Below are positions 32,796 through 33,173 of a stretch of 33,173 bases of DNA, one piece after another. How positions within the stretch are numbered: the stretch's first letter is position 1; each line of letters begins with the position of its first letter. Source of the DNA: Octopus sinensis. Taxonomy: Eukaryota. A model generated the notes under the pieces. The model ran no database searches. It saw only the letters and a list, made by a program, of their open reading frames with translations, and had not been told where the DNA came from. The translations under genes were made by a program, and so were the position numbers. The DNA lies in NCBI RefSeq assembly GCF_006345805.1, contig NW_021829592.1:1-33173 (forward strand), read 5' to 3'.

Positions 32796-33173
32796 AGCCG
32801 TTAAAATAGCCAAATGTACTTAGAAGTGGTGTCTAATGAGAAAAAGAAACCTGAGAAATGTGAAGAGACATTATTGAAAGAAAGGTCGTGGCCCTGTCTG
32901 GAGTTTTATTGGTTGGTTTCCCTACTTGGTGATGGAAGATTTTTTCTGAATACAAGACACATTGATGAACCAACGGAAGAAAGACTCTTTGTGGTCGATA
33001 CGGAAATATCCTTCAAGCGACATCTATGTGGAATAAGGAAAAATGCATTGGGTAATGAATGTGGTGTTTCTCAGAAATACAGGGTGGTTACATCTGGAAC
33101 CAGGTTGAGCAAGACTCAGCGTATTTAGGGCCGACTTGGGGTGACAACGCCAGCAGAAACAGCAAGAAAGTGA

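Noticed and set aside
327-32823. Dozens of ORF-track entries (MYVC, HTYI, YLSI, poly-I/L/S/V/P/W)
   Set aside because: They are translations of di-, tri- and tetranucleotide microsatellites or SINE bodies, with no domain-like composition
32308-32823. Proline/threonine-rich ORF resembling an extensin, formin or mucin
   Set aside because: It lies entirely within a (CAC)n/(CAA)n tract, and all frames give homopolymeric peptides
32814-33128. 104-aa non-repetitive ORF (+)
   Set aside because: No recognisable motif or splice context. It may be a decayed TE fragment and needs a BLAST search.

Overview
AT-rich, repeat-saturated eukaryotic non-coding DNA. The SINE families and microsatellite load point to an octopus or other coleoid cephalopod genome (inference). 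No host protein-coding gene, tRNA, rRNA or CRISPR array can be supported. Almost all ORF-track entries are translations of microsatellites. Recognisable coding remnants are a mariner (D,D34D) transposase fragment (13290-13774, -), an internally deleted R4/Dong-like RLE non-LTR retrotransposon (9822-11008, -) and a short RTE-like 3' end with a C2H2-like finger. At least three tRNA-derived SINE families, a mariner MITE and an octamer/CCAAT-bearing MITE are present. The main hidden signal is RNA-level: about eleven type I hammerhead ribozyme (HHR) motifs from several unrelated sequence families, found by eye. Nearly all have the short palindromic stem III typical of Penelope-like element and retrozyme HHRs. 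They include a ~530-nt tandem array with one HHR per unit that inverts exactly at the ribozyme substrate strand, near loop-less fold-back palindromes whose axis lies just 5' of an HHR, and non-canonical cores (CCGANGA, and UUGAAAA with a compensatory U3-A8 pair). Copy differences in 18.1-21.8 kb are mostly 1-bp indels, so assembly artefact must be excluded there.
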